NCBI RefSeq assembly: GCF_028368995.1
Contig: NZ_JAQNDL010000001.1
Location: 4,320,001 to 4,384,000 of the forward strand
Length of the DNA: 64,000 bases
Direction: 5' to 3'
Source: Nannocystis bainbridge
GTDB lineage: Bacteria > Myxococcota_A > Polyangia > Nannocystales > Nannocystaceae
Shown here: positions 40,359 to 51,808 of the stretch, piece after piece
Layout: each line of letters starts with the position of its first letter
Position numbering within the stretch: position 1 is the first letter of the stretch
Translations under genes and position numbers: made by a program
Notes under the pieces: generated by a model
What the model was told of the DNA's origin: nothing
Database searches by the model: none
The model's input: the letters and a program-made list of their open reading frames with translations, nothing else

Positions 40359-42122
40359 ATGCTCGCGCCCGTCCTCCTCCTCTGGCTCGCACCGGCGCCG
40401 CCGGAGACGGCCTCCAGCGCACGTTTACCGGAAGAGGTCCCGCTCGCAAGCGAACCCGCCGGCGGCCGCTCCGCCGAGTCGCCGGACGCGGGCGGCGGCG
40501 AAGCACCGAGCGGCGAGCCGAGCAAGCCCGCGGCGAGCGGTGGTGGTTTCTTCGCCGGCGACGTCGTCCCGGCAACGCCTGCGCCAGGACCCGCGAGCGA
40601 GGGTCCGAGCCAGGCCCCGCCGATGCCGGAGATCGAGGAGCTCCCCTCGCGCTCGCCTCAGCCCGCCAAGAAACCTGGCATCGCGGCCCTGTTCGGGCCC
40701 AAGGATCGCAAGCCGATCAGCGGCGGCGGCGTCGGCTTCTTCGACCCCGGCAAGCTCGACGACACCGGCCCGGGCGGCGGTGGCGGCATCCAGATCCGCG
40801 GCTATCTCGGCTTCAACTTCACCGTCGCCCAGCGGACCGACCTCAGCGCGCGCGACCCCGAGACCGGCACCTTCCCGCGGCTCAAGACCTTGCCGTACTT
40901 CGGCGGCGGCGCGGCCAACCTCTACGTCGGCGCCCCGATCTACAGCGACGTCGTCTACGCCCGCATCGCCTTCGAGTTCATCTCGATCCCGCGCGCCAGC
41001 CCCGTCGCGCCGGACGTCACCCCGAACTACGCCCCGATCGTGCTCATGGAGGCCGCGGTGCTCGAGGTGAACCCGTTCGCGTGGGCCAAGAAGGGCCCGC
41101 GATGGTTCGCCGAGGGCTTCAAGATCTCGGGCGGCGTCTTCATCGTCCCGTTCGGCCTCGAGGACGAGGAGCACGACGCCCCGGTGCGCTGGTGGGTCAC
41201 GCGGCCGCTGGCGATGAGCAGCGGACGCGTCTATCCCGGCTCGTGGATCGACATGGGCGTCACCATCAAGTGGAAGCCGACCTTCGGCGGCGCTCGCCCG
41301 ATCCGCCCGCTCGAGATCGACCTCGGCGTCGTCAACGGCGACGCCTGCACGCAGACCCGCACGATGGACGCGCTCTATCGCTATCAGCCGGTGGGTCAGT
41401 CGGTGCCGCCGTGTGAACGGCAGCTGCGCGAGGTCGAGGTCCCGCGGGGTGATGGGTTTGTCCTCGGCATCACGCCCGACAACAACGGCAACAAGTCGCT
41501 GCTCGCTCGCCTGCAGATCCGTCCGGTGCCGGCGCTCAACTTCGGCGGCTCGTACATCTGGGGCACGCACCCGCAGAGTCAGTTTCCCTCGCCGCAGTAC
41601 ATGGGCAAGGGCTATCCCGACACCGTGCAGGCGCCGACCTGGCGCGTCGGTGGGCACCTCGACCTCAACCTCGACGAGGTCGTCGCCAGCCGCTTCCCCT
41701 TGCCGCACCTGCGCGGTGAGGTCGTGTACGGCGTCGACAGCGTCGGCAGGGCCCAGGCGATGATGCTCGGCGATCAAGCGCTCGCCGACCGCCGCATGCT
41801 CGGCGGCTACGCCCAGATCGCGCAGCCGCTGTGGCGGCGCAAGAAGACGCGGCTTCCTGGCCTCATCGTGCAATACCGGTTCGACTTCGCCGACCCCGAC
41901 CGCAACGTCCCGGGCCGCACCAAGAATGGCGTCGTCCTGTCCGACTTCGCCGACCGCTACCTGTTCGACGAGGCGTTGCAGGCGCACGTGGTCGGCATGC
42001 GCTTCCCGGTGCTGCCGCGCTTCAACCTCAAGGGCGAATACATGTTCGTGCGCGAAGAAGGCGGGCGCAGCAACCGCGTGTTCAACGACGCCTTCAGCCT
42101 GCAAGCCGTGGCCGACTTCTAG
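40359..42122 (+). CDS. Putative outer-membrane beta-barrel (porin-like) protein
   Basis: Signal peptide, GVFIVPFG, DNNGNKSLLARL, amphipathic strands, C-terminal FSLQAVADF. Confidence 0.72.
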   Translation: MLAPVLLLWLAPAPPETASSARLPEEVPLASEPAGGRSAESPDAGGGEAPSGEPSKPAASGGGFFAGDVVPATPAPGPASEGPSQAPPMPEIEELPSRSPQPAKKPGIAALFGPKDRKPISGGGVGFFDPGKLDDTGPGGGGGIQIRGYLGFNFTVAQRTDLSARDPETGTFPRLKTLPYFGGGAANLYVGAPIYSDVVYARIAFEFISIPRASPVAPDVTPNYAPIVLMEAAVLEVNPFAWAKKGPRWFAEGFKISGGVFIVPFGLEDEEHDAPVRWWVTRPLAMSSGRVYPGSWIDMGVTIKWKPTFGGARPIRPLEIDLGVVNGDACTQTRTMDALYRYQPVGQSVPPCERQLREVEVPRGDGFVLGITPDNNGNKSLLARLQIRPVPALNFGGSYIWGTHPQSQFPSPQYMGKGYPDTVQAPTWRVGGHLDLNLDEVVASRFPLPHLRGEVVYGVDSVGRAQAMMLGDQALADRRMLGGYAQIAQPLWRRKKTRLPGLIVQYRFDFADPDRNVPGRTKNGVVLSDFADRYLFDEALQAHVVGMRFPVLPRFNLKGEYMFVREEGGRSNRVFNDAFSLQAVADF

Positions 42123-42253
42123 CGCCGCGGGCGCCCGTGCGAGCCCGCACAGGGGCCCCGGTGCAGCGGTTCGGTTCGCTGAAGCTTTTCGGGCGCCTTG
42201 ACGTCCCGCCCATCACGCGGGGATGCTTCACCTTGAAGCCCCGCAGGACGCCC

Positions 42254-42868
42254 ATGACCCGCCTTCCACGCTTCGTCGCCAAGGTCTGTTTGGGACTGCT
42301 CTTCTGCCTCTCGCTCGCGCCGCAGCAGTCCGAGGCGCACCTGGCGAAGTGGGGCAGCTGGGAAATCACCCACCGGAACTTGATGAAGTTGTTCCCGGAG
42401 GCGGAGCCCAACGGCTGGCGGATCAAGCGTTATCAGTACTCGGACAGCGAAGTGAAGCAGCTCGAGGCCGAGCTGGGCTTCGAGCTCTACCCCGAGGACA
42501 AGCAGCCCGAGTTCTTCATCGCCTCGGACGCGCAGGGCAAGTTCCTCGGCGTCGCCATCTTCATCGACCCGCGCACCAAGCCGAAGATCCTCGATGGCGG
42601 CATTTTGACTCTCGAAGTCGGGATCGGTGTCAACGCCGAGGGCAAGATCAACCGCATCAAGGTCTACGACTACCGCGGCAACCTCGCCCTCGCTCAGGAC
42701 GCGTTCCTCAACCAGCTCCGCGGCCGCGAGCTGAACTCCAACTTCAAGATGGGCACCGGCGGCCTCGTCGCCGTGTCCGGCGAGCCCGAAGAGAGCCAGC
42801 TGGTCGGCAACGCCGCCCGCGAGGCGCTGCTGCTGATGAAGGTCGCGCTGGGGCGGCGCGACGGCTGA
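42254..42868 (+). CDS. Exported FMN-binding-domain-like protein
   Basis: Signal peptide; LFPEA, IGVNAEGKINRIKVYDY, FLNQLRG pattern of RnfG/FMN_bind-like proteins. Confidence 0.65.
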   Translation: MTRLPRFVAKVCLGLLFCLSLAPQQSEAHLAKWGSWEITHRNLMKLFPEAEPNGWRIKRYQYSDSEVKQLEAELGFELYPEDKQPEFFIASDAQGKFLGVAIFIDPRTKPKILDGGILTLEVGIGVNAEGKINRIKVYDYRGNLALAQDAFLNQLRGRELNSNFKMGTGGLVAVSGEPEESQLVGNAAREALLLMKVALGRRDG

Positions 42869-42902
42869 ACCGCTGCGCTCGACTGTGCTAGCGTGTCGGG
42901 CG

Positions 42903-44372
42903 ATGGCATCGTCCCGCGCGCTCCGTCTCCGCAGCCTCGGCCTCGTGCTCTGCTCGACGAGCTCCGTGCTGACGACCGGATGCCTCGAGGAAAACCCGAT
43001 CGAGCCGACCGACTCGCAGGGCACCGACGATCCTACCGCGGCCACCGGTGATACCACTGCTGGCGCCGAGGACGGCCTGCTCGCCTGCGCCGCCCCGCCC
43101 TGCACCGTGCTGGTCGTCAGTCAGACCCTCGACGATCGCATCGACATCTACGACGTCACCGCCACCCCGTTCTTGCGCGGACGGATCGGCACCGACCTCA
43201 AGCCCGACCCCTCCGGCGAGCAGACCCAGGGCAACCTGCTCGACGAGCCCTACGGCCTCATCCTCGACGACAACTATCTCTGGGCCGCGATCGGTCACTA
43301 CCCCGACACCGACCGCGGCTCGCTGCTGGCCTTTCCCCACGCGGCCTTCGCCGACGTCACCCAGGGCGGGACGTTCGCCGAGTCGCAGTACTTCGCGGCC
43401 AGCAAGTTCTCGGCCGGCGTGCTCGACCTGCCCTTCGGACGGCAGGAGGCCATCTTCCTCGTGCCGCACCCGAGCGGCCGGATCCTCGTCGGCGTGTTCG
43501 CCAACGACCTCCGCGCCGCCAGCTGGCCCGAGCCGAGCGAGCTGCTCGTCGTCGACCCGGCCGACCTGCGCCCCGAGGCCATCGGCGCGTTCAGCCTCGA
43601 CCTCGACACCACCCCGTGCAACGGCGGCTGGAAGCTCACCGCCCTCGACGACGATGTCTCGCGCGTCGCGGTCGCCTGCGACGGCAACGACGCGATCGCG
43701 GTGGTCAGCCTGCCCGGTGATTTCGCCGAACTCGCCCCGGCCGACGCCGCCGCGGGCATGAGCGCCTGCAGCACGCCGCTGGCGAGCGGCACGATCAGCA
43801 CCCAGTTCGTCGCCCCCGACGGCGCCGGCGGCCTGCTCGCCGTGCAGTCGCAGATCCTCGAGCCGCCCCGGCTGTGGAGCATCAACGGCAACTGTGGGAT
43901 CGGCGGCGCCCCTGGCGACGAGCTCCCGCCCGAGCTCGCCGCCGTCCGCGTCGTCCGCGAGCCGGTCCTGCTGCGCCCCGCCAGCGGTGGCCAGCCGGCG
44001 ATGTGGCTGCTCGCCAGCGAGACGCCAGCGCCGGGCGTGCTGATCGTGCGCGGTGGCGGTTCGCCGACGGTGTGCGGCCAGGTCAGCGGCCTCGATGCGA
44101 TCGACACCGCGGAGAACGCCCCGTTCGCGCTCACGCTCGACGCCACGCGCACGCGCCTGGCGATCGGCGCCGGCCCCGTCAGCAACCCACCGTTCGCCGA
44201 GGGGCGCGGCCAGGTGCTGTGGGCGACCCTCGACGTCTCGGAGCTCGACAGCTGCGCGGTCGCGGCCACCGACGTGGTCGACCTGACCGAAGGGACATTC
44301 GTGGCGACCGACCCGCGCACCTGGGTGCGCGCGCCGAACCTGCTGCACATCGCCGAGCTCGGAGGCTCGTGA
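42903..44372 (+). CDS. Hypothetical lipoprotein (probable beta-propeller)
   Basis: Lipobox LTTGC, Thr/Asp linker, beta-rich Cys-containing body. Confidence 0.7.
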   Translation: MASSRALRLRSLGLVLCSTSSVLTTGCLEENPIEPTDSQGTDDPTAATGDTTAGAEDGLLACAAPPCTVLVVSQTLDDRIDIYDVTATPFLRGRIGTDLKPDPSGEQTQGNLLDEPYGLILDDNYLWAAIGHYPDTDRGSLLAFPHAAFADVTQGGTFAESQYFAASKFSAGVLDLPFGRQEAIFLVPHPSGRILVGVFANDLRAASWPEPSELLVVDPADLRPEAIGAFSLDLDTTPCNGGWKLTALDDDVSRVAVACDGNDAIAVVSLPGDFAELAPADAAAGMSACSTPLASGTISTQFVAPDGAGGLLAVQSQILEPPRLWSINGNCGIGGAPGDELPPELAAVRVVREPVLLRPASGGQPAMWLLASETPAPGVLIVRGGGSPTVCGQVSGLDAIDTAENAPFALTLDATRTRLAIGAGPVSNPPFAEGRGQVLWATLDVSELDSCAVAATDVVDLTEGTFVATDPRTWVRAPNLLHIAELGGS

Positions 44373-46516
44373 TGACGCGGCGGCGTCTCCCGATCTTGCA
44401 ACCCCGACTCGAGGGCGGCGACGAAGACCCGCTCGAGCTCCTCCGCGGCGGCCGCTTCGCCCGCTGGTTCGCGGCGTCGCTGGCGGTGATCGGCCTGGTC
44501 TGGATCGTCAGCGAACGCGTCGAGGCCCGCGACACCGCCGACTCCGTGGTCCTCGTCCACACTGCCCTGCAGGCCCCGCCGCAGCCGCCGATCGAGGACA
44601 TCACGCCGCCGCGACCTCCGGTCGAAGACATCACGCCGGCTCGCACGCCGCCGCAGCCGCCCGTCGAGGACATCACGCCGCCGCGACCTCCGGTCGAGGA
44701 CATCACGCCGGCTCGCACACCGCCGCCGCCACCGGTCGAGGACATCACGCCGCCGCGCAAGCCCGGCGAGACCGTCGACGAGTTCGGCCGCAAGCGCACC
44801 GGCACTGGTGCGCTCGTGCTCGAGGAGGGCGAGCCCGACGAGTCACTCGGCTTGCCGACGCAGCAGCGGCAGGCGATCGCCAGCGGCGGCTTCTTCGATC
44901 CGACGGCCTTCGACGACGTCAAGACCGTCAAGAAGAAGGCCTACGTCCACCTGATGCCGGGGATCCCCAACGAGGCGTTCTTCGCCGGCGTCGTCCTGAT
45001 CCTGCTGCTGTCGTTCAGCCTGTTCGAGCGCCACGGCAGCCGCGACAAGCGGGCGCGCAACTACTGGCACCTCGAGCTGACGAAGTTCCCCTGGCTACGG
45101 CGCGCGATCAAGAGCCGGTGGTTTCAGCCGGCCGTCCAGATCCCCGTCGTGCTCGCGTTCCTCGGCGTGATCGTCGTCGGCCTCGTCGGCTCGCAGGAGC
45201 CGGGCCGCAACCTCGCGCCGGTGCTCACCTGGAACATCTGGTGGATCGGCCTCATCTTCATGGTGCTGCTGTTCGGCAACCTGTGGTGCTTCATGTGCCC
45301 GTGGACCGCGATCCCCGACTGGATCATGCGCCGCAGCTTCACCAAGGTGCGCCCGATCGCCTCGCTGGCGAAGAAGTACCCGCGGCTCAAGCTGTGGATG
45401 TGGCCGGCGATCGTGCTGTTCGCGTTCATCACCTGGCTCGAGATCGTGTACGACGCGGCCAACCGCCCGTGGCTGACGTCGGTGCTGGGGATCTTCATGA
45501 TCCTCCTGAGCTGGGTGTTGCTGGTGGTGTACGAGCGCAAGGCGATGTGCCGCTACGTCTGCTACGTCGGCCGCGTCTCCGGTCAGTACGCGATGATGGG
45601 GATGCTCGAGCTACGTCGGCGCGACAACGAAGTCTGCCGCCACTGCGCCACCAAAGACTGTTACCGCGGCAGCCCGCGCGGCTACGCCTGCCCGACCCAC
45701 GAGTTCATGGGGGCCATGAACGAGAATCAGTACTGCACGCTGTGCACCGAGTGCGTCAAGAGCTGCCCGCACGACAACATCGCCCTCAACCTGCGGCCGA
45801 GCGGCGAGGACGTGCTGCACGCCCACCGCTCGCGCTCGGACGAGGCCTACATGGCGCTGCTGATCTTCATCGTCAGCGCCTTCCACGGCGCGGCCATGAT
45901 CCCGCTGTGGATGGAGTGGGAGAACGCGCTGCGGACCGCGATCATCGACGGCCAGACCGCGCTGCTCGGCGCCGACGTGCTCGGCTTCGCCGGCAGCCAC
46001 GGCGGCACGATGACCTTCACGCTGATGATGCTCGCCTGCATCCTCGGCCCCGCGGCCATCTACGTCGCGCTGTGCTGGTTGATGCGCCTCGCCAGCGGCC
46101 GCCGCGACATCACCACGCGCAAGCTGTTCGTCAAGTTCAGCTACACGCTGCTGCCGATCGCGCTCTTCTATCACCTGGCGCACAACGCCGTGCACGTGTT
46201 CTGGGAGTGGTCCAAGCTGCGGCGCCTCGTCAGCGATCCGCTCGGCTGGGGTCACGACCTGTTCGGCACCGCCCGCGCGCCGCTGACCGCGTTGTGGTCG
46301 CCGGAGACGATCTGGTACGTCCAGGTGGCGCTGATCGTCATCGGCCACATCTACGGCATCTACGTCGCCCAGCGCGAGTCGAACCGCCTCTACGCCGACG
46401 ACCGCAAGGCCGCCCTGCGCGTCCACCTGGTGATGATGGCCGGCATGATCCTCATGAGCCTGCTCAGCCTGTGGCTGCTGGCCCAGCCGATGTTCATGCG
46501 CACCGCCGACCTGTGA
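44372..46516 (+). CDS. Polytopic membrane 4Fe-4S (polyferredoxin, NapH/FtrD-like) protein
   Basis: WCFMCPW, CRYVCY, CRHC..DC..CP, CTLCTECVKSCP; many TM helices; TGATG overlap. Confidence 0.85.
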   Translation: MTRRRLPILQPRLEGGDEDPLELLRGGRFARWFAASLAVIGLVWIVSERVEARDTADSVVLVHTALQAPPQPPIEDITPPRPPVEDITPARTPPQPPVEDITPPRPPVEDITPARTPPPPPVEDITPPRKPGETVDEFGRKRTGTGALVLEEGEPDESLGLPTQQRQAIASGGFFDPTAFDDVKTVKKKAYVHLMPGIPNEAFFAGVVLILLLSFSLFERHGSRDKRARNYWHLELTKFPWLRRAIKSRWFQPAVQIPVVLAFLGVIVVGLVGSQEPGRNLAPVLTWNIWWIGLIFMVLLFGNLWCFMCPWTAIPDWIMRRSFTKVRPIASLAKKYPRLKLWMWPAIVLFAFITWLEIVYDAANRPWLTSVLGIFMILLSWVLLVVYERKAMCRYVCYVGRVSGQYAMMGMLELRRRDNEVCRHCATKDCYRGSPRGYACPTHEFMGAMNENQYCTLCTECVKSCPHDNIALNLRPSGEDVLHAHRSRSDEAYMALLIFIVSAFHGAAMIPLWMEWENALRTAIIDGQTALLGADVLGFAGSHGGTMTFTLMMLACILGPAAIYVALCWLMRLASGRRDITTRKLFVKFSYTLLPIALFYHLAHNAVHVFWEWSKLRRLVSDPLGWGHDLFGTARAPLTALWSPETIWYVQVALIVIGHIYGIYVAQRESNRLYADDRKAALRVHLVMMAGMILMSLLSLWLLAQPMFMRTADL
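44579..44760 (+). repeat. Coding repeat, five PP(I/V)EDITP units
   Basis: CCG(G/A)TCGA(G/A)GACATCACGCCG recurring, with a 72-bp higher-order duplication. Confidence 0.85.
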
Positions 46517-46644
46517 GGCGCGGCGATCGTCCGGGTGACATGTCCTTTCGGACATGCACGTCCACCGCGTGACGTACGCGACCCGCGCTGGAGCGCCACC
46601 GGCTCTCCTCGCGCGAGTCGCTCGCGGGTGATTCTCCCGCGCCC

Positions 46645-47139
46645 TCAGGCGTGGGCGGGGAACATCTCGTCGAGCTCGCGGAGCACGTCGATGCCCTCGA
46701 CGCCCTTGGCGAGCGCGAGCTCCTGCACGAGCAGGGTGCGCGCCGTGTCGAGCATCTTCTTCTCGCCGAACGACAGGTCCTTGTCGGCGCGAAGGATGGA
46801 GAGGTCGCGGAGGACGCTGGCGATCTCGAGGAGCGACCCCGTCTTGATCTTCTCCATGTACTCGCGGTAGCGCCGGTTCCAGGTCGCCGTCGAGATCTTC
46901 TCTCCCCGGCGGGCCAGGACCTCGTAGACCTCCTGGACCTGCACGTCGTCCACGATCGGACGCAGGCCCACCGAGCCCGCGTTCTTCTTCGGGACCATGA
47001 CCTTCATGTCATTCTCCAGCACCCGGAGGACGTAGAATTCCATGGCGGACCCGGCGATTTCTCGCTTGTCGACGCCAGTGACCTCCGCGACTCCGTGGGC
47101 GGGGTAGACGACCTTGTCACCGATGTTGAACTCGCTCAT
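46645..47139 (-). CDS. cdnL: CarD-family RNAP-binding factor CdnL
   Basis: GDKVVYPAHGV, TWNRRYREYMEKIKTGS, KDLSFGEKKMLDTAR; 164 aa with no AT-hook tail. Confidence 0.92.
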   Translation of the reverse strand: MSEFNIGDKVVYPAHGVAEVTGVDKREIAGSAMEFYVLRVLENDMKVMVPKKNAGSVGLRPIVDDVQVQEVYEVLARRGEKISTATWNRRYREYMEKIKTGSLLEIASVLRDLSILRADKDLSFGEKKMLDTARTLLVQELALAKGVEGIDVLRELDEMFPAHA

Positions 47140-47367
47140 GGAGCGCCTTCAAAGACGGCCCTTCCCAGCCCAAAAGCGGCGAAACAATGACAAAAAGGCG
47201 CAGTTTTGTCAACCTTCGAGTGGAGACCGAACGAGATGACGCATGTGGCGGCCGCTGCGCCCGGATGACCTCGCTGAAAGCGTGAGGAAATCCACAAGAT
47301 GAGCCCGCTGGGGCAGATCGATCGCCGCATTCTTGAACCCAAACGCCGCTCTCCTATGATGCGCCCC

Positions 47368-47892
47368 ATGTCACCGCGCACCACCTCGCGCCCCTCTCTG
47401 CGCCCGCGCCTTCAGCGGGCCGCGGCCCGGCTCCTCCTTGGCCTCGCGTTTCTCGGCCCGCTGGCGTGCGCGATGACCCCCGATCGATTGCCCCCGCCTG
47501 ACCGCCAATTTTATTACACGCTGCCTTCCGCCGACGACAAGGCCAAGTTCCTCAAGCTCAAGGAGACCGAGCGCAAGCCGTTCCTCGAGCAGAAGGGCCT
47601 GTGGACCCGGTGGATGGAGCTGCCGCCCGCAGAGCGCGAGGCGGCTCAGCGCGGCGAGGTCAAGGCTGGTTACAAGGAGTTCACCGCGCTGATGGCGTGG
47701 GGCGCCCCGGCCGACACGCAGGAGAGCAAGACGCCGGAGCGCAGCGTCCGCTTCCACACCTTCATCCGCTGCACGAGCGGGCCGCGCGTCGGTCGCTGGG
47801 TCGCCAGCAACCTCGCCTGCGACGGCACGTCCAGCGAAGTCGAGGTCGCGGTCGAGAACGGCCTCATCACCGAGGTCAAGTACCTCAACTGA
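47368..47892 (+). CDS. Hypothetical lipoprotein
   Basis: Lipobox PLAC, strong GC3 codon bias. Confidence 0.72.
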   Translation: MSPRTTSRPSLRPRLQRAAARLLLGLAFLGPLACAMTPDRLPPPDRQFYYTLPSADDKAKFLKLKETERKPFLEQKGLWTRWMELPPAEREAAQRGEVKAGYKEFTALMAWGAPADTQESKTPERSVRFHTFIRCTSGPRVGRWVASNLACDGTSSEVEVAVENGLITEVKYLN

Positions 47893-47971
47893 ACTGCCTG
47901 GTCTTCGGGACAGGTGAAGCTGCCCCGAAGACCAGAATCGCTCGCGCGTCGACCTGTCTCGCGGGACAGGT

Positions 47972-49444
<1,473 letters not shown>

Positions 49445-49611
49445 GTCGGCTGTTGTCCCCCACCGCCGTGCCCGCCGCAAGCCGATCGGGGCACCGGAGG
49501 GGACTCACGGAGCAACTCGCAAAAACCACGCCATACGCGCGATTGCACGCAAAATTTCCGGCGAACCGAACACCTGAACCCCTAAGGTGTTACAAAGATC
49601 GTTCACCTTCC

Positions 49612-49672
49612 TATAATTGAGTAAAAAAGATGTTAATTGGCGTTGACACTACATGCTCTTTATATGTAGCGT
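49612..49672 (+). promoter_or_regulatory. Sigma70-type promoter with inverted repeat upstream of histone-like gene
   Basis: AT-rich upstream region, TTGACA 49643, TAGCGT 49667, CTACAT-N9-ATGTAG in the spacer; AGGAGG RBS near 49693. Confidence 0.6.
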
Positions 49673-49707
49673 TTTGAGTACGTAGCCCCTGAAGGAGGGA
49701 CCACTCG

Positions 49708-50043
49708 ATGCTCACCGACGATACCAACACGAACGCTGCGCCCGAGGAGGGCAAGAAGGCCTCCAAGCGCAAGACCGCCAAGAAGAAGGCGGGCAAGAAG
49801 GCCGCCAAGAAGGCGGGCGCGAAGAAGGCCGCCAAGGCCGGCGCCGCCAAGAAGACCGGCAAGAAGGCCGCCAAGAAGACCGGCGCCAAGAAGACCGCGA
49901 AGAAGGCGGGCAAGAAGGCCGCCAAGAAGACCGGTGCAAAGAAGGCCGCCAAGAAGACTGGCAAGAAGACCGCCAAGGCCGGTGCGAAGAAGACCGCGAA
50001 GAAGGCGGGCAAGAAGACCAGCAAGCGCGCTTCCGCCGCGTAA
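49708..50043 (+). CDS. Histone H1-like Lys/Ala-rich protein
   Basis: Repeated KKAAKK/KKTAKK/GAKK units; strong RBS. Confidence 0.85.
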   Translation: MLTDDTNTNAAPEEGKKASKRKTAKKKAGKKAAKKAGAKKAAKAGAAKKTGKKAAKKTGAKKTAKKAGKKAAKKTGAKKAAKKTGKKTAKAGAKKTAKKAGKKTSKRASAA

Positions 50044-50081
50044 GCTGTGCTTTTTGGGGCAGACCGAGCCCCGATTCGCAC

Positions 50082-50120
50082 GAAAATCGCCGCGAACCTG
50101 CCCAGGTCGCGGCGATTTTC
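50082..50120. terminator. Hairpin between convergent genes
   Basis: GAAAATCGCCGCGA...TCGCGGCGATTTTC 14-bp stem. Confidence 0.6.
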
Positions 50121-50258
50121 ATTGGTTCACGCGCAAGATCGAGCTCCGATGCGCGCGCTCGCGCGACCTCGCCCGCCCGCGCGCATGCGCCCCGAAATGC
50201 GCAGGAAACGCCGCCCGCGGCCAAACTCGGGGTTTCGCCGCGTGCGCCCGGCGCGTCC

Positions 50259-51050
50259 CTACAGGTCGGCGGCGTCGAGCGAGCGGACGAAAGAGCGCAA
50301 GTTGGCGTGCGCGCGGGCCCCGCTGAAGAGGATGGTCGTGTCCTCGAGCGCGTCGGCGTTGGCGAGCGCGAACACCAGGCTCTCGGCGAGCGCGCCGCGC
50401 AGCCGCTCGGTCGCGCCCGCGCTGTCGACGCGCAGCCACCGGCGCTCGTAGGTCTGCTGGACCGGGCGACCCGTGCCCTCGAACGCGGGCACCAGCGTGT
50501 CGAGCGACAGCTTGCGCGCCAGCGCCAGGGTCGCCGCCGCCTCCCACAGCCCGTCGAGCTCCCACACCACGCGCAGACCCTCGGCGGCGCGCGCCTCGGT
50601 GAAGGCGGCCAGGCGGGCCTGGTTCACCGAGCCGGGCGTGAAGCTCGGCGGGGTGCGCAGGATGACGGTGTCGGCGCCCATCTCCTTGGCGCAGCGCAGC
50701 GTGATGTCCCACGCGCTCTGGACCTCGGGCGTGTCCTGCAGGTGGCCGAACCGCCGCGCCTCGCCGGGCAGCGTGCGCGTGGCAGCCTCGCGCAGACCAT
50801 CGCTGCTGCTGTGACTGACGAGGTGCCACACGTACGGCACCAACACGGCGTTCGGATGGACGCTGCGCACGTGCTCGGCGAGCGCCCGCGCGGCCGCGGC
50901 GCGCGGCGGGTTCAGCAGGGTCGAGCGCAGGACGACGAGCTGGACCGGATCGACGGCCTCGTCGCCGGCCTCGTCAGAAGGATCGGGCCGGGCGGGACGC
51001 GCGGCGCGGAGGGCGTGCTCGTCCTGAAGGATGACACCGAGGCGGGGCAT
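50259..51050 (-). CDS. DUF72-like protein
   Basis: [12 protein letters not shown] and overall pattern resemble DUF72. Confidence 0.55.
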   Translation of the reverse strand: MPRLGVILQDEHALRAARPARPDPSDEAGDEAVDPVQLVVLRSTLLNPPRAAAARALAEHVRSVHPNAVLVPYVWHLVSHSSSDGLREAATRTLPGEARRFGHLQDTPEVQSAWDITLRCAKEMGADTVILRTPPSFTPGSVNQARLAAFTEARAAEGLRVVWELDGLWEAAATLALARKLSLDTLVPAFEGTGRPVQQTYERRWLRVDSAGATERLRGALAESLVFALANADALEDTTILFSGARAHANLRSFVRSLDAADL

Positions 51051-51119
51051 GGCGGCCGGAGGCTAGTGCGGACGCGAGGCATATACAAGCGCGGCCCGCT
51101 GTGTGCTATGGGGCGCCGG

Positions 51120-51776
51120 GTGAAGCTCTTCATCGATACGGCGGACGTGAAGGAAATCCGCGAGGCGGCGGCCATGGGCCTCCTCGACGGCGTGACCACC
51201 AACCCGTCCCTCGTGGCGGCGACCGGGCGCGACATGCGGTCGGTGCTTCAGGAGATCTGCGGCATCGTCGACGGCCCGGTCAGCGGCGAGGTGCTGGCGA
51301 CGACGTTCAAGGAGATCATGGACGAGGCCCACGACCTCGCCGCGATCGCGCCCAACATCGTCGTCAAGGTGCCGCTCATCGAGGACGGCCTGCGCGCCGT
51401 CAAGGCGCTGACCGGCGAGGGCATCAAGACCAACGTGACGCTGTGCTTCTCGCCGATCCAGGCGGTGCTGGCGGCCAAGGCCGGCGCGACGTACATCTCG
51501 CCGTTCGTCGGCCGGCTCGACGACATCGGCCACGAGGGCATGGAGCTCGTGGCCCAGATCGTCGAGGCGTACGCCAACTACGGCTACAAGACCGAGGTCC
51601 TGGTCGCGTCGGTGCGCTCGCCGCTGCACGTGCTCGAGACGATCCGGATCGGCGCGCACGTGGCGACGCTGCCGTTCAAGGTCATCCACCAGCTGATCAA
51701 GCACCCGCTGACCGACGCCGGTCTGGCCCGCTTCCTCGCCGACGCCGCCAAGATCCCGGCGGCCAAGAAGAGCTGA
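51120..51776 (+). CDS. Transaldolase / fructose-6-phosphate aldolase family (short form)
   Basis: [46 protein letters not shown]. Confidence 0.95.
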   Translation: MKLFIDTADVKEIREAAAMGLLDGVTTNPSLVAATGRDMRSVLQEICGIVDGPVSGEVLATTFKEIMDEAHDLAAIAPNIVVKVPLIEDGLRAVKALTGEGIKTNVTLCFSPIQAVLAAKAGATYISPFVGRLDDIGHEGMELVAQIVEAYANYGYKTEVLVASVRSPLHVLETIRIGAHVATLPFKVIHQLIKHPLTDAGLARFLADAAKIPAAKKS

Positions 51777-51808
51777 GCGCCTGTCCTTGAGGACATGCTG
51801 GTAAGGAC

